A DNA stretch of 64,000 nt from an uncultured Gemmatimonadales bacterium (GCA_963823035.1 CAWGKG010000017.1:160001-224000); one strand, 5' to 3'; shown: positions 18,625 to 29,700, counted from the first letter of the stretch. Program-made: numbers and translations. The notes: generated from the sequence alone by a model not told the origin.

Positions 18625-21600
18625 ATGAGGCTCTACCACGCGGTCGTTCCGTCCTTCCCCCACGCGGCGCCGCTGTCCATGGCATTCCTGGTGGCCCTCG
18701 GCACGGCCCTGGGCCCCCTGCCCGTCACCGCCCAGCTCGAGCCCGGGATGTTCGGGGACCTCTCGGCGCGGAACATCGGCCCGACGGGGATGAGCGGCCG
18801 GGTGGGCGCCATCGACGCGGTGGACGCGAACCCCGACATCCTCTACGTGGGTGCCGCGACGGGCGGGGTGTGGAAATCCGTGAACGGCGGGGTCACCTGG
18901 GCCCCCCTCACCGACTCGCTACCGGCGGCGTCCACCGGTGCCATCGCCATCCATCAGCCGAACCCGGACGTGGTGTGGATCGGTACCGGCGAGCGCAACC
19001 GGCGCAACTCCGCCGGCGTCGGCACGGGCGTCTACCGGACGTTGGACGGCGGGAAGACGTGGGCCCCCATGGGCCTCGCGGAGACGGGCGCCATCGACGC
19101 CATCCTCATCGACCCCCGTGACGCCGACGTGGTCTACGTGGGCGCCCTGGGCAACACGTGGAAGGACAGCGAAGACCGGGGCGTCTACAAGACCACCGAC
19201 GGCGGCAAGACGTGGAGGAAGATCCTGTACGTGAACCCGCGCACCGGCGCGGGCGACATGGTCATGGATCCCTCCAACCCCGACCACCTCATCGTGGGCA
19301 TGTGGGAGCACCGGCGCTGGCCCTGGTTCTTCAAGTCCGGAGGCCCGGGAAGCGGGGTCTACACGACGTACGACGGCGGCGAGACGTGGAAGCGGCTCGG
19401 CTCCGCGGAGGGCATCCCGGACGGCGAGCTCGGGCGGACGGGACTCGATTTCGCCCGCGGCGAGCCGGACGTGGTGTACGCGCTGGTCGAGGCGAAGAAG
19501 AGCGCGCTCCTGCGCTCCGACGACGGCGGGGACACGTGGGCCGTCGCCAACACGACGCGCAACATCGACGGTCGGCCGTTCTACTACGGGCAGGTGCGGG
19601 TGGACCCGACCAACGAGAACCACGTGTGGATCGTCGAGAGCCCGGTCAACGAGAGCACCGACGGCGGCAAGACCTTTCACACGCTGTTGGGATTCGATGA
19701 GGTGCACGTGGACCACCACGCCTTCTGGGTGAGCCCGAACGGCAAGGTGATCGCCGACGGCAACGACGGCGGCGTCTACATCTCCCGGGACGGCGGCGGC
19801 ACCTTCCGCTTCATCGAAAACCTGCCGTTCTCCCAGTTCTACCACATCGCGGTGGACATGGACACGCCCTACCACGTGTACGGCGGACTGCAGGACAACG
19901 GCTCCTTCGTGGGCCCCGCCGTGACCTGGCACGGCGGCGGCATCCGCATGTACGACTGGGAGGAGGTCGCGTTCGGCGACGGCATGGCGACGTTCCCGGA
20001 CCCGCGAGACCCTCGCTACGGATACGCGTCGACGCAGAACGGGGACATCCTGCGCTTCGACAAGGAGACGGGGGAGCGAAAAGTCATCAAGCCGGCGGCG
20101 CCGGATACGGCCACGGAGCTGCGTTTCAACTGGAACGCCGGCATGACCTTCGACCCCTTCGACGGCTCGATCTACCTCGGGAGCCAGTTCGTCCACAGGA
20201 GCACGGACGAGGGCAACTCGTGGACGACGATCAGCCCCGACCTGACCACCAACGACTCGACGCACCAGGGCTATCACCGTTCGGGTGGCCTCACGTACGA
20301 CGTGTCGGGCGCCGAGTTCTTCACCACCATCGTCCAGATCGCGCCCAGCCCCGTGAAGCAGGGCATCCTGTGGGTGGGCACCGACGACGGCAACGTCCAG
20401 CTCAGCCGGGACGCCGGAAGGACGTGGACCAACGTCGGCACGGCGATCGAGGGGGTGCCGGCCGGCACATGGGTGCCCCACATCGAGCCGTCGAAGTTCG
20501 ACAGCGCGACCGCCTTCGTCGTCTTCGACGACCACCGGCGCGGCAACAACCAGCCCTACGCGTTCAAGACCACGGACTTCGGGAGGAGTTGGACGAGCCT
20601 GGTGACGCCGGACGTCCAGTACTTCCTGCACACCATCGCCCAGGATCCCGCCAGCCCGAACCTGCTGTACCTGGGCTCGGAGTTCGGGATGTACGTCTCG
20701 TTCGACGGGGGCCGGAGCTGGATGCGCTGGCACGACCTGCCCCGGGTGCCCGTGCGCTCGATCGTGGTGCACCCCCGGGAAAGGGACCTCGTGGTCGGCA
20801 CCCATGGCCGCGGCGCCTGGATCCTCGACGATGTGCGTCCCCTGGAGGCGCTCGCGTCCGACCCGAGCATCACGGAGCGGCCGCTCCACCTCTTCCCGAT
20901 CCCGCCGACGGTGGCGTACCGGGAGGGGCCTGTCCGAGGCCCACGGTTCACCGGCTTCGCGATGTTCCTGGGGAAGAACCGACCCTACGGCGCCCTCCTC
21001 ACGTACTGGGTGGGCTCAGGCGCCGCCGACACGACGGCCGCCGCCGACACCGTGGCGTCGATCTCCGTGCTCGAGGGCGACAGCGTCATCCGCACCTTCC
21101 ACGGCCCGGCGAAGTCCGGGCTCAACCGGACCGCGTGGGACCTGTCGATGGACGGCTTCCGCTCACCACGCGCGGCCGGCGAGAAGGACGCGGACGTGTT
21201 ACCGCCCGGACCCACGGTCCTGCCAGGGACGTACACGGTGCGCATCGCGCTGGCGGAGGACACCGTGACGGGCAGCGTCACCGTGGCCGAAGACCCGCGC
21301 ATCGTGGTGAGCGCCGCGGACCGGCGCGCCAACCTCGCGGCGATCCTGCGTGCGGGGCAGCGCCAGAACGTGGCCACCGAAGCGGTGAACCGCCTCCGTG
21401 ACGCGAAGGAGTCAGTGGACGAAGTGGACAAGGCGCTCGCGAACCGGGAGGACGACACCTCGAAGGCCCTGCGCGCCGCCGGAGACAGTCTGAAGGAGGA
21501 GCTCACGGCCGTCGAGGCGCTCTTCACGGGCGACGAGGACGTCCAGGGCTTCGCCGACGCACCCAACGCGGTGCTGGGCAGGATCGGCGGCGTCATGTAC

Positions 21601-21813
21601 GCGCTCACGTCCTCGTGGGACGCGCCCACCCGGGATGCGGATATGCTCCTCCGCCAGGCCGACCAGCTGCTCCAGTCGGCGCTGGCTCGCTTCAACGGCG
21701 TGGTGAGCGACGACCTCGCGGCCTATCGGCGCCGCGTCGAGGCAGCCGACGTGCAGATCCTCACGGCTCCGGGGTCGCTGAGCATGGAGTGGAGGCCGGG
21801 AGGTTCCTCGTGA
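18625..21813 (+). CDS. Large secreted VPS10/sortilin-like BNR-repeat propeller protein (putative glycosyl hydrolase)
   Basis: RNIGPTGMSGRV, many SxDGGxTW Asp-boxes, VYGGLQDNG, RFNWN and DLVVGTHGRG. AGGAGG RBS. Confidence 0.88.
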   Translation: MRLYHAVVPSFPHAAPLSMAFLVALGTALGPLPVTAQLEPGMFGDLSARNIGPTGMSGRVGAIDAVDANPDILYVGAATGGVWKSVNGGVTWAPLTDSLPAASTGAIAIHQPNPDVVWIGTGERNRRNSAGVGTGVYRTLDGGKTWAPMGLAETGAIDAILIDPRDADVVYVGALGNTWKDSEDRGVYKTTDGGKTWRKILYVNPRTGAGDMVMDPSNPDHLIVGMWEHRRWPWFFKSGGPGSGVYTTYDGGETWKRLGSAEGIPDGELGRTGLDFARGEPDVVYALVEAKKSALLRSDDGGDTWAVANTTRNIDGRPFYYGQVRVDPTNENHVWIVESPVNESTDGGKTFHTLLGFDEVHVDHHAFWVSPNGKVIADGNDGGVYISRDGGGTFRFIENLPFSQFYHIAVDMDTPYHVYGGLQDNGSFVGPAVTWHGGGIRMYDWEEVAFGDGMATFPDPRDPRYGYASTQNGDILRFDKETGERKVIKPAAPDTATELRFNWNAGMTFDPFDGSIYLGSQFVHRSTDEGNSWTTISPDLTTNDSTHQGYHRSGGLTYDVSGAEFFTTIVQIAPSPVKQGILWVGTDDGNVQLSRDAGRTWTNVGTAIEGVPAGTWVPHIEPSKFDSATAFVVFDDHRRGNNQPYAFKTTDFGRSWTSLVTPDVQYFLHTIAQDPASPNLLYLGSEFGMYVSFDGGRSWMRWHDLPRVPVRSIVVHPRERDLVVGTHGRGAWILDDVRPLEALASDPSITERPLHLFPIPPTVAYREGPVRGPRFTGFAMFLGKNRPYGALLTYWVGSGAADTTAAADTVASISVLEGDSVIRTFHGPAKSGLNRTAWDLSMDGFRSPRAAGEKDADVLPPGPTVLPGTYTVRIALAEDTVTGSVTVAEDPRIVVSAADRRANLAAILRAGQRQNVATEAVNRLRDAKESVDEVDKALANREDDTSKALRAAGDSLKEELTAVEALFTGDEDVQGFADAPNAVLGRIGGVMYALTSSWDAPTRDADMLLRQADQLLQSALARFNGVVSDDLAAYRRRVEAADVQILTAPGSLSMEWRPGGSS

Positions 21814-23216
21814 GCACGTCCAGGCGGCACACCCGCCCGCGACCGCCGCGCGGCGACCCGGCGTCGGGGCGTCTCGTTCCGTTGGTGACGGTGAGCCTGG
21901 CCGCTCTCCTCTGCCTCCTTCCCGCCATCGCGTGCAACGACGCGGACGAGGGTCGCCCGGACGCCGACCTCGCGGCGTACGTCGACACCGTGTGGGCCGT
22001 GGACGTCCACGCGCATCCGATGGCGTACGTCGCGCCGGGAGAGCCGGCCGACACGGACTTCGACGCCCTGCCGTTGGACGGGATCCCCGCGTTCGACGTG
22101 CCGGTCGGCCTGCGGGCGGACAACCCCTCGTACCGAGCAGCGCAGGTGGCCCTGTACGCCACCAGCCCCCGCGATACCGGCGCCGCGTACGCCGACACCT
22201 TGCACCGTGCGCGCGCCGCCGCCTTCGCCGCCCACGGCGAGGACTTCCCCACGTGGGCTCTCGACCGGGCGCACATCCAGATGATGCTCGCCAACCGCAT
22301 CGCCATGGGCGGCGGGCTCCCGGCGGAGCGCTTCGCGTGGGTGCCCTTCGGGGACGCGCTCATGCTCCCGCTGGACACGAGGGGGGAGGCGGAGCGCACC
22401 GCGGACACCGAGGCGCTCTATCCACTGGAGTCCAGGCTCCTGGCGCGCTCCCTGCGGGACCTGGGCCTGCAGCGCATTCCAGGCACCCTGGCCGCCTACG
22501 AGCGAGACGTGGTGGCGCCTATCCTACGGTACCAGAGGGAAGCCGGCGCCGTGGGCCTCAAGTTCGAGGCGGCATACCTGCGTTCCCTGGACTTCGGCGC
22601 CGCCGACCCGCGGGACGCTGCGGCCATCTACGCCCGCTACGCGGGCGGCGGCACCCCCACGCACGAGGAATACAAGACGCTAGAGGATCACCTCTTCCGC
22701 GTCATCGCGCGTGAGGCCGGCGCGGTCGGGCTCACCATCCAGATCCACGCCACCGAAGGGTTCGGCAGCTACTACTCGGCGCGCGGGAGCTCGCCCCTGC
22801 TCCTGGAGAGCGTCTTCGACGACCCGGCCCTGCGTGGCACCACGTTCGTCATCACCCACGGCGGTTGGCCGCGCGTGCGCGAGACGTTGACGCTCCTGGG
22901 CAGGCCGAACGTCTATGCGGACATCTCGATGATGGATCTGCTGGCCGAGCCCGGGGCGCTGGCGGATGCTCTGCGCCTCTGGCTGGGCGAGTGGCCGGAA
23001 AAGGTGCTCTTCGGGACCGACGCCTTCGACGGCGGCGACGCTGAGGGGTGGGAGCAGGTGGCCTGGGTGGCGTCGCGCAACGCGCGCAGGGCGCTCACCG
23101 TTGCCCTGGACGGTATGGTGCGCGACGGCGCGATCGGTCCGCAGCGCGCCCGTGACATCGCGCGGATGGTGCTGCGGGACAACGCGGTGAAGGCGTATCG
23201 GCTGACGCTGCGTTGA
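21810..23216 (+). CDS. Amidohydrolase_2 family metallohydrolase, probable lipoprotein
   Basis: DVHAH, LKFEAAYLR, IQIH, HGGWP, NVYADIS and LFGTD. The GTGA start overlaps the upstream stop. Confidence 0.85.
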   Translation: MSTSRRHTRPRPPRGDPASGRLVPLVTVSLAALLCLLPAIACNDADEGRPDADLAAYVDTVWAVDVHAHPMAYVAPGEPADTDFDALPLDGIPAFDVPVGLRADNPSYRAAQVALYATSPRDTGAAYADTLHRARAAAFAAHGEDFPTWALDRAHIQMMLANRIAMGGGLPAERFAWVPFGDALMLPLDTRGEAERTADTEALYPLESRLLARSLRDLGLQRIPGTLAAYERDVVAPILRYQREAGAVGLKFEAAYLRSLDFGAADPRDAAAIYARYAGGGTPTHEEYKTLEDHLFRVIAREAGAVGLTIQIHATEGFGSYYSARGSSPLLLESVFDDPALRGTTFVITHGGWPRVRETLTLLGRPNVYADISMMDLLAEPGALADALRLWLGEWPEKVLFGTDAFDGGDAEGWEQVAWVASRNARRALTVALDGMVRDGAIGPQRARDIARMVLRDNAVKAYRLTLR

Positions 23217-23250
23217 CGGGACGCGGAAGGACGCGGAGGTCCGCCGCCGC

Positions 23251-25809
23251 CTATCGCGTCAGGGCGCCTCTCAGACTCCCGGAGACCAGGGCGGAAATGC
23301 CGGCCAGCACGCGAGGAAGCGCGGTGCCTCCGGGACTCGCCAGGTATCGGGGCTCCCACGCGGGGTCGAACTTGTCCTTGAAGGCGCGCAGCCCCTGGAA
23401 GTTGTAGAAGTGCTCCCCGTACCGGTACACGGCGGCACCCAACTTCGCCCACAGGGGCGAGAGCGGGCCACCCTCCAGGCCTGCCAGGGGCGCCATGCCC
23501 AGACCGAAGCGGGTGAACGCCTGCCCCTGGCCCCAGAGGATGAGCTTGAGGAAGAGGTACTCCATGCAGTCGGTGGGTGCCCGCTCAGGGTCGTACCTCA
23601 TGAGGTCGACGGAGTACTCGGTGCCCGGGGCGGCGAGCCAGAGGTTGGCGAACGCCACGATCTGCCCTTCCACCCGCACGACCGCCATGGGGAACCGGCC
23701 GATGTACGCCTCGCTGAAGGCCCCGAGGGAGAAGGCCTTCTCCTTCGTGCTCTTGGCTGCCAGCCACGCATCGGAGACCTCCCGCAACCGTTGTAGCTCC
23801 GGGACGACCGCCTCCCTGGGGAGGAGCTCGAAGACCCCGCCGTCCTTCTCGGTCTTCCGGAGCGTCCGGCGCATGCCGGAGCGGTGGCCGCCCTCCATGG
23901 AGAACGTCTGCGGCCTCACCACCGCCTCCTCGCCCAGCTTGATGAGGGTGAGCCCGGCGTCCACGTAGAGGGGCAGGAACTCGGGACGAACCTGATAGAA
24001 CGCCGGCCAACCGCCGTGGACGTGCACCCGGTTCCGGAAGCTCCACACCAGCTCCGGGAAGTCCTCGGGGTCGCCCACCGGGTCCCCCATGGACACCCAG
24101 CTCCTCCCCTCCACGCCATACATGATGAAGGCGTTCCCCGATGCGGAGACCAGAAAGGACTTGTCCCCCAGGAAGGCCAGGGAGGCGTGGGCCCGGTCGG
24201 CGCGCGGGACCAGCGCCGCAACGGCCTCCGGCACCTCCGAGCCGGGCTCGGCCTCCTCCGGCTCGGCGGGGCGGAGAAGCCGGGCGCCGGCGAAAGCCAG
24301 CAGCACCGTCGCCGCGCCCACGGAACTGCGCAGGAAGCGGGACGCGTCTCCGTGGAGGGCGAACTGCCACCACAGGTCCCCGCTATAGGCAACCTCCTTG
24401 AAAGCGAAGAAGCCCAACCACGCCGTGGCCAGCAGCACCGCCACCACGCCGAACACCCACTCGGGTGACAAGGGCTCGGCCAGGAGCGCCGAGCGGCGGA
24501 AGAACTCGCGGCGCGTCGGTGCCAGGGCGATGAGCACCATGAGCGCGATCATGGCGGTGACAAGACCTCCGCCGCGGAAGGCCGAGAGGACCGCGCCCGC
24601 GCCCAGGAGAGCCAGCGCGGCATGGAAGGCACCGTCCAGGCGGCGGGCGAGCCCCCACGCGAGAATGAGGAGGCACGCCCCCACGACACTGCCGAGGAAG
24701 TGGGATGCCTCCAGGAGCCCCAGAGGAAGAAGGTCCCCGAAGGATCCGAGGTGACCCTGAAGCGGCAACGCGCCCTCCGCCAGCATCCCGGCGCCCGCCA
24801 CGAACACCGCCCCCGCGGCCACCAGCGGAACCGAGGAGGAGACCCCCGTCCCCAGCAGGGCCATCACCCGGGTCAGGTGCTCCTGCCGTCGGCGGAACTC
24901 GAACACCCCCAGGGTCGCCGCGGCCAGCACCAGCGGGAGGAGGTAGTAGATCGCCCGGAACGCGAGGAGCGAGGTGACGAAGGAGCTGTCCCCGGCGTGC
25001 TCCCGCAGGGCCACCAGGAGAACGACCTCGAAGACGCCCAGCCCACCCGGGACGTGGCTCACCAGACCCACGATCTGGGCCAGGAGGTAGGCAGCCAGGA
25101 ACGTCGGGAACGAGAGTCCCGTGCCCGCCGGGAGGAGGACGTACAGCGCTGCCGCCGAAGCCGCCCAGTCCACCGCCGACACCAGGATCTGCTGGAGGCC
25201 CATGCCGACGCTGGGCTTGGGCAGGGACCACCCGCGAAAGCGGATCGCGCTCCCACCCCACCGGCACCAGACCAGGTACCCGAGGGTGACCAACACGAGA
25301 AGGACGCCAAGGGGTCTGGCGGATCCTCCCAGGAACGACAATGCGGCGGGAAGGGGCGGTGGATCCACCGCGAAGGCGGCGCCCGCCAGGGCCAGGAAGC
25401 CGACCCAGAACGTGGTCGAGGAGAACGCGATGATGCGCGCGATGTCCGGCGCCTCCACGCCCCAGGCCGAATACAGGCGAAAGCGCACCGACGCTCCGGT
25501 CAGGAGGCTGAAGCCCAGCGACTGGCTGAACGCATGGCCGATGAAGGAAGCGAGCGCCAACCGGCGGTACGGCAGGTCGGCCTTCACATACCGGGCGGCG
25601 AGCCAGTCGTATCCCGTGAGGGTGAGGAAGCTGGCCGCCGTGAAGGCGACAGCCCCGAGGATCTGGCCCGTAGGGAGTGCCCGGAGTCCCGCCAGGATCT
25701 CCGCCACCGAGTACGTCCGCAGCTCCCGGTGGAGGAGCGCGAGGGCCACGACGAGGACCGCTGCCCCCAGGATCAGCGGGAGCCAACGTCGGCTGGCCTG
25801 TCGATCCAT
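23251..25809 (-). CDS. mprF: Bifunctional aminoacyl-phosphatidylglycerol synthase/flippase
   Basis: Multi-TM N-terminus (SHVPGGLGVFE, FRAIYYLLP). Synthase domain with GDKSF, KLGEEA, DLMRY and FYNFQGLRAFKDKFDPAWEPRY. Confidence 0.95.
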   Translation of the reverse strand: MDRQASRRWLPLILGAAVLVVALALLHRELRTYSVAEILAGLRALPTGQILGAVAFTAASFLTLTGYDWLAARYVKADLPYRRLALASFIGHAFSQSLGFSLLTGASVRFRLYSAWGVEAPDIARIIAFSSTTFWVGFLALAGAAFAVDPPPLPAALSFLGGSARPLGVLLVLVTLGYLVWCRWGGSAIRFRGWSLPKPSVGMGLQQILVSAVDWAASAAALYVLLPAGTGLSFPTFLAAYLLAQIVGLVSHVPGGLGVFEVVLLVALREHAGDSSFVTSLLAFRAIYYLLPLVLAAATLGVFEFRRRQEHLTRVMALLGTGVSSSVPLVAAGAVFVAGAGMLAEGALPLQGHLGSFGDLLPLGLLEASHFLGSVVGACLLILAWGLARRLDGAFHAALALLGAGAVLSAFRGGGLVTAMIALMVLIALAPTRREFFRRSALLAEPLSPEWVFGVVAVLLATAWLGFFAFKEVAYSGDLWWQFALHGDASRFLRSSVGAATVLLAFAGARLLRPAEPEEAEPGSEVPEAVAALVPRADRAHASLAFLGDKSFLVSASGNAFIMYGVEGRSWVSMGDPVGDPEDFPELVWSFRNRVHVHGGWPAFYQVRPEFLPLYVDAGLTLIKLGEEAVVRPQTFSMEGGHRSGMRRTLRKTEKDGGVFELLPREAVVPELQRLREVSDAWLAAKSTKEKAFSLGAFSEAYIGRFPMAVVRVEGQIVAFANLWLAAPGTEYSVDLMRYDPERAPTDCMEYLFLKLILWGQGQAFTRFGLGMAPLAGLEGGPLSPLWAKLGAAVYRYGEHFYNFQGLRAFKDKFDPAWEPRYLASPGGTALPRVLAGISALVSGSLRGALTR

Positions 25810-25986
25810 GGAAGTAGCCCGGTGGAAAGGAAAGGAGGCCCGACGTCAGCCTGAAGCTACCGATCTACCGGGTCGCAGCAAGCGACACGGAGCCTCCGGC
25901 GATTTGCCGTGTATAGCCTGCCCGCCGGACGTGCGGTGGCACGCCTCGACGACACCCTCACGACCCTCCCTGGCCTTCCTCCCTTG

Positions 25987-26724
25987 GTGCTTCGACGCTT
26001 CGTTTCGCGCGTGTGCCCACTTCTCCTTCTCGTGGGCACGGCAGCGTGCTTCCCCCTCCACGCCCAGCGGCAGCCGCCGGCGGAGGAGGTGAGAGACCTG
26101 CCCCTGCGCATCCTACCGGCCGCGACTCCCGGCCCGGTCCTGGCTCTCGTGATGAGCGGGGACGGCAACTGGGCCAGCTTCATCTCGGACATGGCAGACG
26201 CCTTGGTCGCTCGGGGCGTTCCCGTCGTGGGCCTCGAATCCCGCGCGTACCTGTCGCGGGCCCGCACACCCGAGGAGCTGGCGGCGGACATGTCGCGGGC
26301 CCTCCGGACCTATCTGCGCCTCTGGGGAGCGCGGCAGATCCTCATCGTGGGGTACTCCCGGGGCGCGGACTTCGCGCCCTTCCTGGTGAACCGGCTCGCG
26401 CCCGACCTCAGGGCCCGGGTGGTGGGCGTCGGCCTCTTCAGTCCCTCGAAGATGGCGAACTTCGAGTTCCACTACACCGATCTGGTGCGGTACACACATC
26501 GGGACTCGGACCTGGACGCCGTCCCCGAGGTCGAGGCGCTGGCGCCCCTTCCGGTGCTTTGCGTCTACGGAGAGGACGACAAGGACACGCTGTGCCCGCT
26601 CCTGCCTCAGGGGATGGCCACGGTGGTCCCCAGGGACGCTGGCCACCGCCTTCATGACCCCGCCGGGTTGGCCGCGATCCTGCTGGAACACACGTTGGGC
26701 GAGGGGCCGGGCAGCGAAGGCTGA
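25987..26724 (+). CDS. AcvB/VirJ family aminoacyl-PG hydrolase (start uncertain)
   Basis: MSGDGNWA, GYSRGAD nucleophile elbow and VLCVYGEDD. Divergent from mprF. Confidence 0.85.
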   Translation: MLRRFVSRVCPLLLLVGTAACFPLHAQRQPPAEEVRDLPLRILPAATPGPVLALVMSGDGNWASFISDMADALVARGVPVVGLESRAYLSRARTPEELAADMSRALRTYLRLWGARQILIVGYSRGADFAPFLVNRLAPDLRARVVGVGLFSPSKMANFEFHYTDLVRYTHRDSDLDAVPEVEALAPLPVLCVYGEDDKDTLCPLLPQGMATVVPRDAGHRLHDPAGLAAILLEHTLGEGPGSEG

Positions 26725-26815
26725 CCGGAAGCGTCAGGTGCGGCCCGTTTCCCGCCCACGGCGGCGCTTGTATCTTGACCCCCCGCACCGGCGACGGGCG
26801 GCGATCCTCCCGATC

Positions 26816-27520
26816 ATGAGTTGCATGATGACATCCCGAATGTCCCGCCCCGGCATCGTGGCGCTCTCGGCGCTCGTCATGGTGGCGTGCGCCGGGACTC
26901 CCTCCGCTTCACCGCCCACTCCGCAGAACGCGATGGCCGGAGGTCACTCCGACGCGGAGATCGAAGCGCTCTACCGCGCCCGCACCGACAGCTCGCGGAT
27001 GCGCTTCACGCAGGCCGACACCCACTTCATGACCATGATGATCGGCCACCACGCCCAGGCGCTGATCATGTCCGAGATGGCCCCGAGCCACGGCGCGAGC
27101 CCGGGCGTGCTGCGACTCACGTCCCGGATCATCAACGCCCAGAAGGACGAGATCGCCACCATGCAGCGTTGGCTCCGCGACCGCGGCCAGCACGTGCCGG
27201 AGGTGCACCTCGAGGGACTGAAGGTCCTGGTCGACGACAACCCACGTCCCGTGTACATGCACGGCATGCTGAACGACGAGGAGATGCGCACGCTGGACGC
27301 GTCGCGCGGAACCGAGTTCGACCGGCTGTTCCTGACGGGAATGATCAAGCACCACAGCGGCGCGGTCGACATGGTGCACGACCTCTTCGCGACGGACGGT
27401 GCCGCGCAGGACGAACTGGCCTTCAAGCTCGCGAACGACATCCAGGTCGATCAGACGACCGAGATCGAGCGCATGAAGCGCATGCTCGCCGCCCTGGAGG
27501 CACGGGACCGTGAGCCGTAG
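26816..27520 (+). CDS. DUF305 domain lipoprotein
   Basis: FMTMMIGHHAQAL, FLTGMIKHHSGAV and QTTEIERM. Lipobox MVAC. Confidence 0.9.
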   Translation: MSCMMTSRMSRPGIVALSALVMVACAGTPSASPPTPQNAMAGGHSDAEIEALYRARTDSSRMRFTQADTHFMTMMIGHHAQALIMSEMAPSHGASPGVLRLTSRIINAQKDEIATMQRWLRDRGQHVPEVHLEGLKVLVDDNPRPVYMHGMLNDEEMRTLDASRGTEFDRLFLTGMIKHHSGAVDMVHDLFATDGAAQDELAFKLANDIQVDQTTEIERMKRMLAALEARDREP

Positions 27521-27572
27521 GCAGCCCGATACGAATGAACCAGCGAAGCAGACGCCCAATGAAGGAGTGCCC

Positions 27573-29624
27573 ATGAGATCCGGAGCCGCGCCCCGTCGTC
27601 CCCGCTTGCGCCCTGTCGTCACGCGCCTCGGGTCCCTGATCGTGATCGCGGGATCCGTGGTCGCGACCGCCTGCGCCTCGTCGGGCGCCACCCAGGGGGC
27701 CGCGTCGATGGGCGCGTCCTCCGTGAACGTCCCACCGTCGAACGTGGCCCCGATCGCGACCGCCACGCCCCCCAGCCCCGACCCGCGCGTCGGCCTGCGC
27801 GCCGGGCTGCTGGACGCGGGCGAAGCGGCGTGGAACCTGCGCGTGGTCTCGGCGACGCCGCCCGCCCAGGACTTCGTCGGGATGACCAACTCCGACCTCG
27901 CCTTCTCGGGCAGATACGCCATCCAGGGCAACTACAACGGCTACCAGGTCTGGGACATCTCCAACCCGGCCAGCCCGACGCTCGCCGAGGGGTTCGTCTG
28001 CCCCGCGTCCCAGAGCGACGTCTCGGTCTACAAGAACCTGCTCTTCGTCTCCGGCGAGGGCCTGGGTGGCCGCCTCGACTGCAGCGCGGAGGGTGTGAAG
28101 CAGCAGGTCAGCGAGGAGCGGCTGCGGGGCATCCGCATCTTCGACATCTCCGACATCCACAACCCGAAGTACATCGCGAACGTGCAGACCTGCCGGGGCT
28201 CGCACACCCACTCCGTCCTGGTGGACCCGGCGGACAAGGAGAACATCTACGTCTACGTCTCCGGCTCGGCACCGGTCCGCCCTTCCGCGGAGCTCCCTGG
28301 CTGCTCGGGCGCCACGCCGGACGAGGACCCGAACTCGGCGCTCTTCCGCATCGAGGTGATCCGGGTGCCGCTGGCCCACCCCGAGCAGGCCGCCATCGTG
28401 AGCTCGCCGCGCATCTTCAACGACCTGGTCGCACCGCCGACGCACGGCATGTCCGTGGCGGACCAGCAGGCCATCGCGGAGGCGCGGGCGCGCGGCGCGT
28501 TCGTCGTGGACGTCATGGGCGAGTCCTTCGTGCTGCCCTCGCAGATGACGGTGCCCATGCTGGACAGCATCGTGAAGGCGCGCGGCGGGACGGGTGCGCC
28601 GACCGCGGCGGACAGCACCACGCTCCGTGAGGCCCTCCCGGACATGATCGCCCGCATGATCGGCAACCGGGACGAGGAAAAGCCCGGCCCGAAGCCGGGG
28701 CCCACCCAGTGCCACGACATCACGCTCGCCCCGGCGCTCGGCATGGCGGGCGGCGCGTGCGAGGGCTACGGCATGCTCCTCGACATCCGCGATCCGATCC
28801 ACCCGAAGCGACTGGCCGCCGTGGCCGACTCGAACTTCTCCTACTGGCACTCCGCCACGTTCAGCAACGACGGCAGCAAGATCCTGTTCAGCGACGAGTG
28901 GGGTGGCGGCGGGCAGCCGAAGTGCCGCGCGACGGACCCGAAGCAATGGGGTGCGGACGCCATCTTCACCATCGAAGGCGGCAAGCTCCACTTCCAGAGC
29001 TACTACAAGCTGCCGGCGGCGCAGACCCCCGAGGAGAACTGCGTGGCGCACAACGGCTCCCTGATCCCGATCCCCGGACGCGACGTGATGGTCCAGTCGT
29101 GGTACCAGGGTGGGATCTCGGTCTTCGACTGGACGGACCCGTCCAACCCGAGGGAGATCGCCTTCTTCGACCGCGGTCCGGTCAACGCCGATCACATGGC
29201 CATGGGTGGCTCGTGGTCGGCGTACTGGTACAACGGCGTGATCGTCAGCTCGGAGATCGCGCGCGGGCTCGACGTCTTCGAGCTCACGCCGAGTCCCTTC
29301 CTCACCCAGAACGAGCTGGACGCGGCGAAGTCCGTGAAGCTCGACTACTTGAACACGCAGGGTCAGCCGCAGTTCGAGTGGCCGGCGACCTTCGCGCTCG
29401 CCCGGGCGTACGTCGATCAGCTCGAGCGCTCGCGAGGCCTGTCCGCCGAGCGCATCGCCGGGGTTCGCGCGGGCCTCGCCGGAGCCGAGACGGCGTCCGG
29501 CGGCTCCCGTCGAAACGCGCTCAACGAGCTGGCCTCGACGCTGGACGGGGCCGCGGGTGGCTCCTCGGACGCGGCCAAGGTGCGGGCGCTCGCGGGAGCG
29601 GTGCGAAGCCTGGCGGGGATGTAG
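27573..29624 (+). CDS. LVIVD-repeat propeller lipoprotein
   Basis: NSDLAF, QTCRGSHTH, QCHDIT, WHSATFSNDG, ENCVAHNG and SSEIARGLD. This family is usually paired with DUF305. Confidence 0.85.
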   Translation: MRSGAAPRRPRLRPVVTRLGSLIVIAGSVVATACASSGATQGAASMGASSVNVPPSNVAPIATATPPSPDPRVGLRAGLLDAGEAAWNLRVVSATPPAQDFVGMTNSDLAFSGRYAIQGNYNGYQVWDISNPASPTLAEGFVCPASQSDVSVYKNLLFVSGEGLGGRLDCSAEGVKQQVSEERLRGIRIFDISDIHNPKYIANVQTCRGSHTHSVLVDPADKENIYVYVSGSAPVRPSAELPGCSGATPDEDPNSALFRIEVIRVPLAHPEQAAIVSSPRIFNDLVAPPTHGMSVADQQAIAEARARGAFVVDVMGESFVLPSQMTVPMLDSIVKARGGTGAPTAADSTTLREALPDMIARMIGNRDEEKPGPKPGPTQCHDITLAPALGMAGGACEGYGMLLDIRDPIHPKRLAAVADSNFSYWHSATFSNDGSKILFSDEWGGGGQPKCRATDPKQWGADAIFTIEGGKLHFQSYYKLPAAQTPEENCVAHNGSLIPIPGRDVMVQSWYQGGISVFDWTDPSNPREIAFFDRGPVNADHMAMGGSWSAYWYNGVIVSSEIARGLDVFELTPSPFLTQNELDAAKSVKLDYLNTQGQPQFEWPATFALARAYVDQLERSRGLSAERIAGVRAGLAGAETASGGSRRNALNELASTLDGAAGGSSDAAKVRALAGAVRSLAGM

Positions 29625-29700
29625 GAGCCGGCCAGCATCGCCGACAGCGGCTCGACGCCGCGTGTGGGCACGAGCGCGAGGCTGTGGGGGACCAGCTCCC

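Noticed and set aside
18625..21813. Repeated GACGGCGG...TGG DNA motifs as a repeat array or CRISPR
   Set aside because: They encode Asp-box (BNR) protein repeats, are degenerate and lack regular spacers.
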